Source of the DNA: Antedon mediterranea | Taxonomy: Eukaryota > Animalia > Echinodermata | Direction: 5' to 3' | Length of the DNA: 64,000 bases | Assembly: GCF_964355755.1 (NCBI RefSeq) | Contig: NC_092672.1 | Coordinates: 6,820,001 to 6,884,000, forward strand | Shown here: positions 15,201-28,100 of the stretch, one piece after another | Layout: each line of letters opens with the position of its first letter | How positions within the stretch are numbered: the stretch's first letter is position 1 | The notes under the pieces: model-generated | Told to the model about the DNA's origin: nothing | Databases searched by the model: none | Seen by the model: only the letters and a program-made list of their open reading frames with translations | Made by a program: the position numbers and the translations under genes

Positions 15201-16518
15201 TGTTTTCATATACCATGCTCCAAAATGTCCACAGAGCAGTAGGCCTACTATACTAGTATTATTTTAGATCTAATCAGACTAATCTTACTCCGTGGAAACA
15301 TTTGTCAGGCTAGACAAAGTCATGTATTCACACATGTACTAATTAAGTTATCTTCACGAGTAAATCGATTTGTTTATCGGTCTACATTGTTGCAAATACA
15401 ATGGAAAACCTTAATGAAATTGAAATAATAATTATAATATATATATAGAATTTCTAATTTAAACCATTTTTTTTTTATAGATTTATATTATTGATAAAAA
15501 TAAAATAATACAAGAAAGGCAATTATCATCACCAAAAGTATTAGTATATAACATCAATGCAGTGCATTTAATGGAAAGAAAATCCGACGCAACTGGTATA
15601 TTTATAAATAAATAATGAAAAATAACTAGACAAAGTTGTTATATTTATAAAATGTTTACGTAAACCCTAAATAATGTACTTTTATAGAAATATCTATAAT
15701 AAAGAAAAACAATATATACCGCCACAAATTAATTAAGCCATCGGTTCTCCTATGATGAATTATGGTATCTTACGGTATTATTATAAAACTTGATTACTTG
15801 TAATTATGATGATAAATGACCAGAAAATTGTGTTTGTTTTCTTAATGATATTCCATTCACTGTACAAGTATTAAACCGGGTTAATCTAATAAAAATTCGA
15901 ATTGTTTTTTTATAATGAAGTATAATGTATTAGCATAATTAGAGTTTAAAGAATGTAAAATATACTTTGAAATAGTATCATAACCTTACAGTAGTTACAA
16001 ATTATGGTCACAAACATACAGTACATAATATTGATTCAACCTACGATCATATCACAGCAATGTTTGTTAACTTAAAGTCGAAACTAAAATAAAATGATTA
16101 ATATATATTATTTTAATATGTATTATTATTAATTTGTGCCTCTTCTGTTGATCCTGTCATGGTCTATTATGGCTTTTTAATGTATTTATTATCTTAATGT
16201 AACTAGTTTTCTGTGGGCCTCCCATCACAAGCCCCTTGTGGAATTACTGGACGTCCCTTTCACCTTCTTTCAATTTGTATTACTTAAAGATATTGGATTA
16301 CCTGTATCACGGAAAGCGAACTCCATGACAGACCATCATTTAGACCATTATTTATAGTAATAATAACATATACAGTATAATTCGATGAAAAGTGAAATTG
16401 AAATATGTATATATAAAGAACTATATTACAAAATTATCCTTACAAAAATTTAATTGTACTTACGTGAGGTAATATAAATAACGAAAATTAAAAAAAATAT
16501 CTTCTGATATGTCTTCAT
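6235..16518 (-). CDS. nAChR alpha-type subunit (alpha9/alpha10-like), gene 1, complete, ~506 aa
   Basis: Manually spliced GT-AG exons: 16518-16464 (signal peptide MKTYQKIFFLIFVIYITS), 13003-12852 (ARPVLNSS...VTQVIQM), 11778-11734 (VEKRQELTISGWMRM), 8765-8656 (EWKDE...LWEPDITLYN), 7725-7184 (Cys-loop CRMNVEYFPFDKQHC, loop B FASW, loop C YNCCPEPY, M1, M2), 6851-6235 (M3, intracellular loop, M4, TAA). Phases are consistent and the total is 1521 nt. Vicinal CC marks an alpha subunit; M2 FQ and a single large Cys-loop-to-M2 exon resemble alpha9/10. Confidence 0.93.
8806..8955 (+). mobile_element. Degenerate LINE ORF2 C-terminal fragment in intron 3 of gene 1
   Basis: Translates, with a frameshift, as LLFKSYCMYCSSLW...LRVCYNNALRLLLRFPRYCSAS, resembling post-RT motifs of non-LTR elements. 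Confidence 0.5.
14434..14796. mobile_element. Harbinger-like MITE, with related degenerate copies at ~950-1080, ~3760-3860, ~11070-11220, ~12500-12650, ~55470-55625
   Basis: Imperfect TIR TGGTTCACACTAG / CTAGTGGGAACCA, ACGCA-rich arms and an internal hairpin CCAATCACAAGCGA...TCGCTTGTGATTG. Confidence 0.65.
14804..15190. repeat. 31-bp minisatellite, ~12 copies
   Basis: Unit GGGTTACCAGATTACTGGGGGTTGCCTGGTT with alternating GGGTT/GGTTT variants; lies in intron 1 of gene 1. Confidence 0.95.
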
Positions 16519-16874
16519 CTTCCTCTGTCTAAAACACCAATATATTGCAGAACTATCTTGAATATATATAGCCTAAAAATCAAATGTGACAACTTGTTAA
16601 TATGTTAGTGAATCAACCGTGCGCACACCAGCGAACTCTACTTCAAAACTAAAAAAAATCGAACAGGTCGATCAGTGAGTAATATAGTATTGATAATATC
16701 TTATACGACAATACGCCCTCAATAGTTGTGCTTTATTAATAATTATTATTCTACCATTTTTATTATTATTAACTTATGATTATTATGATGGTCCTTAAGA
16801 TTCTTTTTTTAAAATAATATCTCCTCCTTATCATTATTATCATTATCGTATTTATTATTATATATTATCATTAT

Positions 16875-16934
16875 AAACGGTGATTCGGTTTAGGTCTAAT
16901 AAAGAGAGATAAACTTGTTGGCACACATGGCGTG
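16875..16934. promoter_or_regulatory. Conserved upstream block shared by gene 1 and genes 2-5 (candidate cis-element)
   Basis: AAACGG(T/C)GATTCG...TTGTTGGCACACATGGCGTG is colinear with 23648-23707, ~29361-29420, ~36998-37057 and ~41983-42042. Confidence 0.45.
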
Positions 16935-17354
16935 CCATACTTATATTTCAACTGAAATCGCCTCTAGTTTACAGACTAAAATCAAAAGGGCGAGAGAAAG
17001 ATTCTCTTAAATCTTATCTACTTGCGATTATAGGATTTAGATACATGTATTATTTGTCATCCTTATTTTATTGGAGATCAAAATAATGAGTTTTGCACTA
17101 AAAGTCTTCGACAGTGTATGAAAAATGATAACATAATATTTTTTCAACAACATTTATTCTATAGATCAACTTACTGAATAACAAATCCCCTTAAAAACAA
17201 ATATTCGTTTATGGACCAATTAAAACAGGAACAAAAACAAGCCAAAACGATCGAAAAATGCTCCTTGCTGACACATTCATAAAGTACTACATTAGAACCA
17301 CACTTTCGCGATTAAAGGGTGTGGCACCTTAATAGAGGTGACTGCAGTATTGTT

Positions 17355-17653
17355 AGATGTATTGTCCCAAAAAACACGAAAAATGAAGATTAATAAAATC
17401 AGGCTTTAAATAGTCCATTTTGTAGTTTTAATCAAGTTTATCACTTCCGTAGAAAAAAAAATTGTTATCAGTTATAATAAACTTTTAAAATCAACCAAAA
17501 ACCCATTGGCTATCAGCCAATTTGACTTTTTTTTTTCAGGTAGGCCTAAATAATTTTTTTTGGTCCAATTTTTGGCCAAAGTGAATAAATATTATGCGAC
17601 ATTCAAATGGCATATTCAACAAAAAAAAATATTTTTTAGGGAGACAATACACC
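17355..17653. mobile_element. Kolobok-like MITE copy
   Basis: AGATGTATTGTCCC...GAGACAATACACC termini and shared internal blocks (AATGAAGATTAAT; CCCATTGGCT; AAAGTGAAT). Confidence 0.75.
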
Positions 17654-19129
17654 TTAAAGATAGCAAAGTTGTACTGGTGGCGACAAGACCCGAGAACTTA
17701 CAACGTATGATTATCATATCTAATTTGGGGCACTAAAGAAACAATTAAATGAATAAACAATACTACTTTTGTTCCCGCTTTAACCTAATTATCTGATATC
17801 TGATATCAAATCAGGAAAGAGTAATATAAGATCACATGAATTCTTTAAATGCGGTCACTTTTAAAAACATATTTTGAATTAAAAATGTGCATAAGTGAAT
17901 ACATAACATTAAATGAAACAGTTGTTACGCGATAAACTATAGAGGGCACAATACATTATCAGATAATAAAGATAAAAACTCGACTTGATTTGAGTTATAA
18001 CCCCATTAAAGAATTCTGGTAAAAATTACATTGTGAAGTTTAATGTTACGAACATCTACGCATGCTCACAAAATCACGATTCTATGCTTTTACAGATGAG
18101 TTAAAGATTTTGAATTGTTGAGGTAACTGTTTAATATGGAAACATTTTAAACGACATTTCTCACTAAATAAAACGAAATACAAAAGTTAATACGTCTAGT
18201 TCCAAAACATTTATGATCATTATGTTCACCAATTCCACAAGGAGTAGACTACTCTAAGGTGCTGGACATTTAAGGAAATGGATATATGTGTAGGCCTACT
18301 TATAACAGTAGGATTTATCATACACAATTAAAACATTTCATAATAATACAATAGGTTAAGGTGAGTCCCGTATTTATTCTGAACGTAGGAAATCATTGTA
18401 CCATGGCAATCTAAGTCTTGATTTTTCTTCTCGGAATGTGGTAAAAAGGTGGCCAGTTCTTTCATCCCTTGTGTTTTTCAACCAGGCACTCATTTACAGC
18501 AACGGGCAGCTGTTATTATCGGGAAATCAATCCGGGTATTTCTGTATACTATCCTAACAACTCGGATACGCAACTCCTTTATATTACTATTATTCTCTTC
18601 AAATACCATCAGTTTCCCAAGATAATTACATTCATTGTTAGCAATTTAAGTTTCTTTAAGGCGAATGGTGAAAACACGTTCTTTTCCTATAAAATTACCG
18701 TTTATTGATTACTAAACCGTAAATGTGTTTTGTAGACATGCAGATATACATAAATTTAATAAAGCCTTCGCGCTGTTTTTTCGGAATAAGGAGACCTTCA
18801 ATTATTGTATAATTCCTGGGATTTTGCCTCTTTATTATTAATATTTAAATATTTTAAATATTTTTATTTTGTTACTTCGAAAGAGAAAAAGAAATACGTT
18901 TTATTTTGAATGGAATATTAGTATTAGGGCTTACTGAAATTATATTAATTTTTATGTTACAGTTGAGCCCCTATTAAGAGACCAACAAAGTTCCCTTTAT
19001 ACAGGTGTCCATTGAATATGATTATTCTTAGATTAATTTACTATTGGTAATCCTTGGTCACATGTGCCTAAAGACATAGAATAACATATATATAAAAGTG
19101 TGATGAGATTGTTTTTGCAAAAAACTCAA

Positions 19130-22100
19130 TTATTTTCCAGATATTATAAGTAATATTACTGTGATTGTTACTATAACAACAACGATAAACAACACGATAA
19201 AGAGTAACCTGTCAACAAGTATGGCAACATTCCGCCAATTCTCCTTTTTAAAATTATTAAGTTCTTCTTTCTTATATTCATTCGAATATAGCCGCATTTC
19301 ATTCAATATCAGTTTTAATTCTTCTGGCGTCGAGTTAATTGCCGGGTCACTGATATACTTTATTCGTTCGTCAAACTGTGTGATACTGATAAACCTACCA
19401 GAGTAAACAGAAGCATCCGAATTAGAGTATGCCGTGTTTTCATTTCCGGTATCCATTTGCTTTTGGAAAATGTGTTCATTACAATAATATGCACTCGTCT
19501 TTCTACCAATTGCTTTTCCAACTTTTCCAAAAAGTATACTAGCTAGCCATTTTGGAATATCTTCAGGCTGATTGCGGTTATAGATGTTGAGCAAAACTGC
19601 ACTACAGACAATGCTAATACAACTCATACAAGTAAGCATTGTAAAGTATATTTCTGAAATAGTAAACAAAACAAATATTTAAGTTAGTCTAAACTGTTTT
19701 AGACTCCCTGATCTAGTTTCTTAAATTGTTATGCAAAATGATAATTTTCATCGTCATTGTCCTTCGTTTGGTGCACGATTCATTGTCTCCAATGGGAGTC
19801 CCCTTAACATGATGTTTCCTGAATAATGGTGTCATAAAAGAAGGGTTTTTTAAATCTCACCAATAAGTAAACATATTAATTACGAAAAAAACCTTACGGA
19901 GTATCGGTGTACTGTCGGCAGATGGTGGCAAAGCGTCGGATATCATTTGTTGGAATAAAAGAATCGACAGTAGGGTACTGACACCAAACGACATCTTCTC
20001 TCCACTTTCCGGTGGCAGCAAGAACACAAACATTGTCAAAATAGACAAGAGACAGCAAGGTAGAAGAATTATCTCGACAAAGAACCTCTCACGCCTTTTC
20101 AGAATAATTGTGAAAACAACTTTTGAGAAAGGTTCAGGACAACAATTGTATTTTTCTGTTATGTACTGAACACTGACGTCTTTCAGACTCCATGCACCGT
20201 TTGGATTAAACTGTGTTTGTTGGCTTTCACTTCCAGTCTCCGGGATTAGGTCCTGTTGTTTGATATGGTAATTCCAAGGCGCAAATTCTAGGGCACATTT
20301 CTGCTCATCAAATGGGAAATATTTTAAATACATCTTGCAGAAGCTTTTTACTATCATAGGTGTGGTTAAATGAACCGTACCCTCGTTATTTACCCTTAGA
20401 TGAAGCGACCTCTTAATTTGTTCAAATTCTCCATCAACGCTACAATACAAAAGTTTAATATAAAGTCTTATTACTTAATGTATAGGCTACTTTTATATAT
20501 ATAAAAAAACGTACTTGATTTAAGATAAAACACAAATTTAAGTAATGTATGAGGCTCAAACTTTTATTGAAAACAATTAAAATTGATTTGCGTTCCAATT
20601 AATATGAAACTTTTTAAAATTAGATTTTGCAGTTTTTGTTAAATTCCGACTAATATTCACTGACTGACAATTCAGACTGAATTTCGAGTTTTTTTTTCAT
20701 TATATCAATGGTTAGAAAATCGATAATGTTTTATTTACTGCGCTAACATCAATAAAATTGTAGAGGTCTATATATTACATTTGTGTCAGATGTTCAATGT
20801 TTCACAAATAAACGTTTTAGGAGTCTAGTCAACGACCATATTAAGTGTATTTCTTGTAACTCATATTTATAAATTAAAACACATTAAGGCCTACTTGAAA
20901 TGTGCTTGATGCTGTTTTTCATAAAAAGAAACCAAACTATTATTATTATTGTAATTAGACAGATTTGTATAATTAATTACGTAGGCTTACTTGTTATACA
21001 ATGTTACATCCGGGAGCCATAACGCTGACTGTTCCACGAAAATCTCGGTAATGTTGTTGTAATCATTCGGATCCCATACCATAAACTCGTCTTTCCAAAG
21101 CTTAAAAAATATATAATTTGGTCCTATATATACACATTTGACAGTTATAGAGAAACCAAAAACTAGAAATAATTTTTAATAAATACGTGCGAGTTATAGT
21201 CATATATACACGGCAGATCAACATAAATAAAGTATCTTTCTCTTGAAAAAAATTGGATTTCAATTTAAAACTAGACACTAGTCATTTACCATTGTGTAAG
21301 GTTTATATAATTATATCAAATGAGATCTCCTTTGCTTACAAAATTATAATTTTGTATTGAATTTGAATATTTTAATATATCGATATTGAATTCAGTAATA
21401 TAGTGTATAACGTTCGTTGAGTTTGTTTTAATGTCTGAAATGACTGCCTTGCTCCTGTAATTTTTTATGAATAAATACATACCATTTTAAACCATCCGCT
21501 AACTGTGATTTCTTGTCTTTTTTCGTTCTAAAAATTACAATCAATAGAAATGGACGACTTTCATTAGCATTATTTCAAAACAACCTAACATTCATTAAAG
21601 ATGTATTGTCCCCCAAAAACAAGAAAAATGAAGATTAATTAAATCGAACTTTGAATAGGTTATGTTGTAGTTTCAATAAAGTTAATCACTTCCGTAAGGA
21701 AAAAAAAAAAAAAAAAAAAAAAAAACAACAATGTTTTCACTTATAAAAATGACAAAATAAATGATTAAATTCAACTACAAATCTATTGGCTGGCAACTAA
21801 TTTGACTATTTTGCTTTAAATAACAGTTTTTCAGGTAAATACATTTTTTTTCGATCTAATTTTTGTTCAATGTGGATAACAATTATATGACATTAAAATG
21901 ACATATTGAAAAGAAATTTTTGTAATAATTATTTTTTCAGGGGGACAATACATCTTTAAGTGATGTGTGTCTGTCTTTCGTTCACTCAAAACAGAACATG
22001 GTAATGGTTTTAAATGCTAATATGTATTGGGTAATCAATTTTTATTGGTTATATTAATGGAAAATATCAATCATTTATACAAGTTAATGTTTACCGACCG

Positions 22101-23103
22101 ACCGACATAGTGAGCTGTAGAGTGGATACTGTAATGGTTCTATGTTAATATGTAATCGCTTATTGAGTAATCAGAAATTAACATTTTGTATTGGTTATTT
22201 TAAACCAGTAGCGGAGAAAAATCAGTCAGAATCATTTATAGAAACAACAAAAATCAGTGGAAAAAAATAGGGGATAGATGACAAGAGAGAGGCTGTCAAA
22301 AATGATGACTGTACTATTGTAAAACGTCAATGACAATTATATTACCATTACATAACCATTGTATTGTATCAGGGCTTTGATATAACAGTACATGTTTACT
22401 ATTAAATATTAGTGCATCTTTAAATTGATTTATAATCCTTTACATTATGGGAATTACTTTCAGAGTCTCTAGAGACACGTAAACAAGTAAACATCTTTAA
22501 ATATCTCGTTGTCGTGTCATGGTTACATTACACAAAATCACAAATATTGCCCATTTTTTTAAACAATAATAATATGTCAATCATGCAAATGAACTGACAT
22601 TTGATAATGTTCAAGATCAAATCAAAATAAAAACTTTCTTACGATTTCAATCACTTGTGATACAAGCAGTCGTATCGTGACCGTAACATTGTTCTTATGA
22701 TCTCGGACTGGTCTCGTTGACGGCTCTATATATTTATCCAGTAAGTCCCGTATTAATTGCGACTCTGTATTCGTAGCTAATGATTGTTTAACTGTAAATA
22801 AACACATTTGAAACAATGAAAAGGTAAATGTATTTATAATGTGTAAGGAGTGCGTGAAAGAGTAAGGCCTATATTTAATATCAGCGGCGGGTAGCCGAAC
22901 AAACAAAACAGATTAAAAACAAGTAGATGACTGCAATAATGAAGCAGATATGTAATATATATAATAACAAATATGAAATAGCAACATAACAAATAAAAAA
23001 ATTAATTTCCTAATGAATGACAACAAAATAATTGGAAAGAAAAATATTTACCTGAATAAAGTAAATACAATATAACGAGTATCAATAGTTGGAATAAATT
23101 CAT
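19130..23103 (-). CDS. nAChR alpha-type subunit (alpha9/alpha10-like), gene 2, complete, ~473 aa
   Basis: Exons 23103-23052 (MNLFQLLILVILYLLYS), 22791-22643, 21527-21483 (NEKRQEITVSGWFKM), 21100-20991 (LWKDE...LWLPDVTLYN), 20439-19898 (CKMYLKYFPFDEQKC, YNCCPEPF, SGEKMSFGVSTLL), 19653-19130. All junctions GT-AG, 1422 nt open frame. Confidence 0.93.
21599..21955. mobile_element. Kolobok-like MITE (TTAA TSD) in intron 2 of gene 2
   Basis: Perfect 16-bp TIR AGATGTATTGTCCCCC, flanked by TTAA at 21595-21598 and 21956-21959. Genes 3 and 4 have a single TTAA at the homologous empty site. A TTAA TSD with AG...CT termini fits Kolobok better than piggyBac. Confidence 0.85.
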
Positions 23104-25158
23104 TCTAACGACAAGTACAGTACCTGAAAAATAGTAAAAATCAGATTTGATAATTTTGTCCAATACAATTGTACACACCATAATTCATAGGCCTAACTTG
23201 GGTTGCTATCTATGAATTGCGACAACAAAGATAATTTTATATTACAGAAATACTATAATCTCATTTTGCCAAAAATGTCAATATCTCGCTGTTTCTTTCA
23301 TAAGATAAAAATACCTTTAAATAAGTTATAAAGCCTACAAAGAAAATTACGTTGTAACGAAAAATTAAACATACTTACTATTTGAAAAGTTTAATTTACA
23401 AAGCAAAACAATGAACAGTATCTGCGACACTATCAATTTAATAAACACTTTAAAAATTCAAATGATGCATTGAATGAAGTCTGCTCACTTTTTTTTATCA
23501 TTATTAATTTGTAAACGTTGAGGGGGTAAATAAATAGGTACCTACTAGGCCTATAATACACACGTCTTTAATATTTTGACATGGATTTAGATGGCTACGC
23601 CTGCTACCAGCAATTAGTGATATTGAGGTTGTATAGTCTAGGTTCGAAAACGGCGATTCGACTTTAACATTGGTAAAAGGATAAATATTGTTGGCACACA
23701 TGGCGTGTTATATGTATACTTGAGCTGGAACATCTGATAGTTTCGGTTTTGTACAAAATATTCAAACCGTGTTGATTCGCTAGGTGGCGCTCGTAAAAGA
23801 ATTCTAGTATAACAACCAAGAGAGACTGAGACAAATAATACTTAGAAATATTTCTTGTTTTTAACTACGTACGGAGTGAACTTATATACAATTATATAAT
23901 CATAACCAAATATTACCTCTATAAATCAGAGATATCTGAGCATAATGTAGGCCTACCACAAATGAAATAACAGTGGTACGAGTCCTCCCACCCCGATCCA
24001 AAATTGATGAATCTTCTACACCTTCAACATCTTTAACAATGTTATATGTTTCAATCAGGTAAGGTAAAAAATTAAATTATTTGAGTTAGGCATAAACACA
24101 TTATATACGTAAGGACATTTAATTGTAATCGTACCAAATAAGAAAATAAAATACTGAGTAAGAAAGCCATTCACTTTCGTTATCAGTAATATTATAATAG
24201 CACTATATTATTATTATTATTTTTATCATAATCAAAATACAATGTTCAAATTCTAGTAATTATCTAATATCAAATCAGGAAAGATTGTAAAATCAAATGA
24301 ATGCTTCAAATTTGGTAAAAATATTTTGGATTAAAAGTTTGCATACGTGAATACATAACATAAATGAAACAGTTGTTACGCGATAAAGTATAGAGGGCAC
24401 AATACATTTCCAGATAATGAAGATAAAAACTCGACTTGATTTGAGTTATAATCCCATTAAAAAAATCTGGTAAAAATTGCGAAGTTTAGTGTTACGAACA
24501 TCTACGCATGCTCACAAAATCACAATGCTATGCTTTTACAGATTGATTTGATACAAGTGTTTATTGTGGGAGCATTTTTAACGAAATTTCACACTAAATA
24601 AATATATAAATATATACAGTTAATACGTCTGGTTCTAGGAGAAAAAAAACCCATTTATGATCACCAATTCCGCAACGAGTAGACTACTCTAAGAAGATAG
24701 AAATTTAAGGGATAAAGTGAAGTAAAATAAAGTGGATATTTTTCTATGTGTAGGCCTATTTGTAACAGTAGGATTTATCATACATAATTAAAACATTTTA
24801 TAATAATATAATAAGTACAGGTGAGTCCAGTATTTATTCTGAACGTAGGAAATCGTTAATTTTTCTTCTCGGTATGTGGTAAGCTGGCCAGTTCTTTCTC
24901 CTGTTTTTCGACTAGGTACTCATTTACAGCAATGGGCAGCTGAAACCGGGTATTTCTGTATACTATCCTAACAACTGGAATATCCAACTCCTTTATATTA
25001 TTATTATTCTCTTCAAATAACATCTTTTTTTGGCTAGAAATTTCTATATAGCGAAAGTGTTAATTTACTATTGGTAATCCTTGGTCACATGTGCCTAAAG
25101 ACATAGAATAACATATATATATAAAAATGTGATGAGATTGTTTTTTCAAAAGACTCAA

Positions 25159-28100
25159 TTATTTTCCAGATATTATAAGTAATATTACTGTGATTGTTAC
25201 TATAACAACAACGATAAACAACACGATAAAGAGTAACCTGTCAACAAGTATGGCAACATTCCGCCAATTCTCCTTTTTAAAATTATTAAGTTCTTCTTTC
25301 TTATATTCATTCGAATATAGCCGCATTTCATTCAATATCAGTTTTAATTCTTCTGGCGTCGAGTTAATTGCCGGGTCACTGATATACTTTATTCGTTCAT
25401 CAAACTGTGTGATACTGATAGACCTACCAGAGTAAACAGAAGCATCTGAATTAGAGTATGCCATGTTTTCATTTCCGGTATCCATTTCCTTTTGGAAAAT
25501 TTGTTCATTATAATAATATGCACTCGTCTTTCTACCAATTGCTTTTCCAACTTTACCAAAAAGTATACTAGCTAGCCATTTTGGAATATCTTCAGGCTGA
25601 TTGCAGTTATAGATGTTGAGCAAAACTGCACTACAGACAATGCTAATACAACTCATACAAGTAAGCATTGTAAAGTATATCTCTGAAATAGTAAACAAAA
25701 CAAATATTTAAGTTAGTCTAAACTGTTTAAACTCCCTGATCTAGTTTCTTAAATTGTTATGCAAAATGATAATTGTCATCGTCATTGTCCTTCGTTTGGT
25801 GCACGATTCATTGTCTCCAATGGGAATGTCCCCTTAACATGATGTTTCCTGAATAATGGTGTCATAAAAGAAGGGTTTTTTAAATCTCACCAATAAGTAA
25901 ACATATTAATTACGAAAAAAACCTTACGGAGTATCGGTGTACTGTCGGCAGATGGTGGCAAAGCGTCGGATATCATTTGTTGGAATAAAAGAATTGACAG
26001 TAGGGTACTGACACCAAACGACATCTTCTCTCCACTTTCCGGTGGCAGCAAGAACACAAACATTGTCAAAATAGACAAGAGACAGCAAGGTAGAAGAATT
26101 ATCTCGACAAAGAACCTCTCACGCCTTTTCAGAATAATTGTGAAAACAACTTTTGAGAAAGGTTCAGGACAACAATTGTATTTTTCTGGTATGTACTGAA
26201 CACTGACGTCTTTCAGACTCCATGCACCGTTTGGATTAAACTCTGTTTGTTGGCTTTCACTTCCAGTCTCCGGGATTAGGTCCTGTTGTTTGGCATGGTA
26301 AATCCAAGGCTCAAATTCTAAGGCACATTTCTGCTCATCAAACGGGAAATATTTTAAATACATCTTGCAGAAGCTCTTTACTATCATAGGTGTGCCTAAA
26401 TGAACCATACCATCGTTATTTACCCTTAAATGAAGCGACTTCTTTATTTGTTCAAATTCGCCATCAACGCTACAATACAAAACAGAAATCCTATTACTTA
26501 ATGTATAGGCTACTTTTATATACAAAGAAAACGCACTTAATTTAAGATAAAACACGAATTAAGTAATGTATAAGTCTAAAATTTTTATCAAAAATAATTA
26601 AAATTGATTTTCGCTCAAATTCATATCAAAATTTTTTATCTAGATTTTCAATTTTTGTACAATTCCGACTAATATTCACTGACTGCTTATTCAGACTGAA
26701 TTTTGAGTATTTTTTCATTATTTTAATGATTAGAAAATAGATAATATTTTATTTACTGCGCTAACATAAAACGTTAAACTTCGTTTTAAGTTATGGGAGT
26801 CTATCAATATTACATTTGTGCCAGATTTTCAATGTTACACAAAGCAAAGTTTTAGGAGTCTAGTCAACAACCAAATTAAGTGTATTTCTTGTAACTCATA
26901 TTCATAAATTAACACACATTAAGGCCTACTTGAAATATACTTAATGCTGTTTTTCATTAAAAAAACCCCAACGAACTAAATAATATTATTGTAATTAGGC
27001 AGATATATATAATTAATTACGTAGGCCTACTTGTTATGCAATGTAACATCCGGGAGCCATAATGCTGACTGTTCTACGAAAATCTCGGTAATATTGTTGT
27101 AATCATTCGGATCCCATACCATAAACTCGTCTTTCCAAAGCTTAACAAAAATATAATTAAGTCCTATATATACAGTTGACAGTTATAGAGAAACCATATA
27201 CTGTACTAGAAATCATATATAATAAGCACATGCGAGTTATAGTGTCATATATACACGGCAGATCAACATTCATTTTTGTACTCAAAGTATTTTTCTCTTT
27301 AAAATAGATTTTAATTTAAAACTAGATACTAATCATTTACCATTGTGTAAGGTTTATAAAATATACAATCCAGTTCATTGTTTGTACAATGGGAATTTAA
27401 TATATAGTTATATCAAACGAGATCTCATTTGCTAAAAAAATATAATTTTGTATTGAATTTGAATATTTTAATATATCGACATAGAATTCAATAATAACAT
27501 ATAGTGTATAACGCTCGTTGAGTTTGTTTTAATTTCTGGAATTACTGCCTTGCTTCTGTAATTTTTGTTATGAATAAATACATACCATTCTAAACCATCC
27601 GCTAACTGTGATTTCTTGTCTTTTTTCGTTCTAAAAATTACAATCAATAGAAATTTACGACTTCCATATTAGCATTATTACAAAATAACCTAACATTTAT
27701 TAAGTGATGTGTCAGGTTTGACGTTTAATGGAAAACAGAACATGGTATAATGGTTGTAAATGCTAATATGAGGCGTAGCTGTATTGGGTAAACACATTTT
27801 TTATTGGTTATTTTAGTGGAAAAAATCTTTTATATAGGCCTACAACAAAAAGCAGTGGCAAGTAAAAAACAAGGGGATCAGAAATTAACATTTTGTATTG
27901 GTTATTTGAAACCAGTACCGGAGAAAAATCATGTATAGAAACAACAAAAATCAGTGGAAAAAATAGGGGATAGCTGACAGGGGAGGGGCTGTCAAAAATT
28001 ATGACTGTACTATGTTTGTAAAACTTCAATAACCATTATATTACCATAACTATTGTACTGTTTCAGGGCTTTGATATAATAGTACATGTTTACTATTAAA

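Noticed and set aside
14707-15256. Repetitive ORFs (LPDYWGLPGW...) and CRISPR-like periodicity
   Set aside because: These are translations of a 31-bp tandem minisatellite. There are no unique spacers or cas genes, and the context is a eukaryotic intron.
19654-19897. ORF-track termini such as MFTISE or RKVFFVINMFTYW as real protein ends (soluble or truncated receptors)
   Set aside because: They are read-through into introns beyond clear AG/GT splice sites; the spliced frames are continuous.
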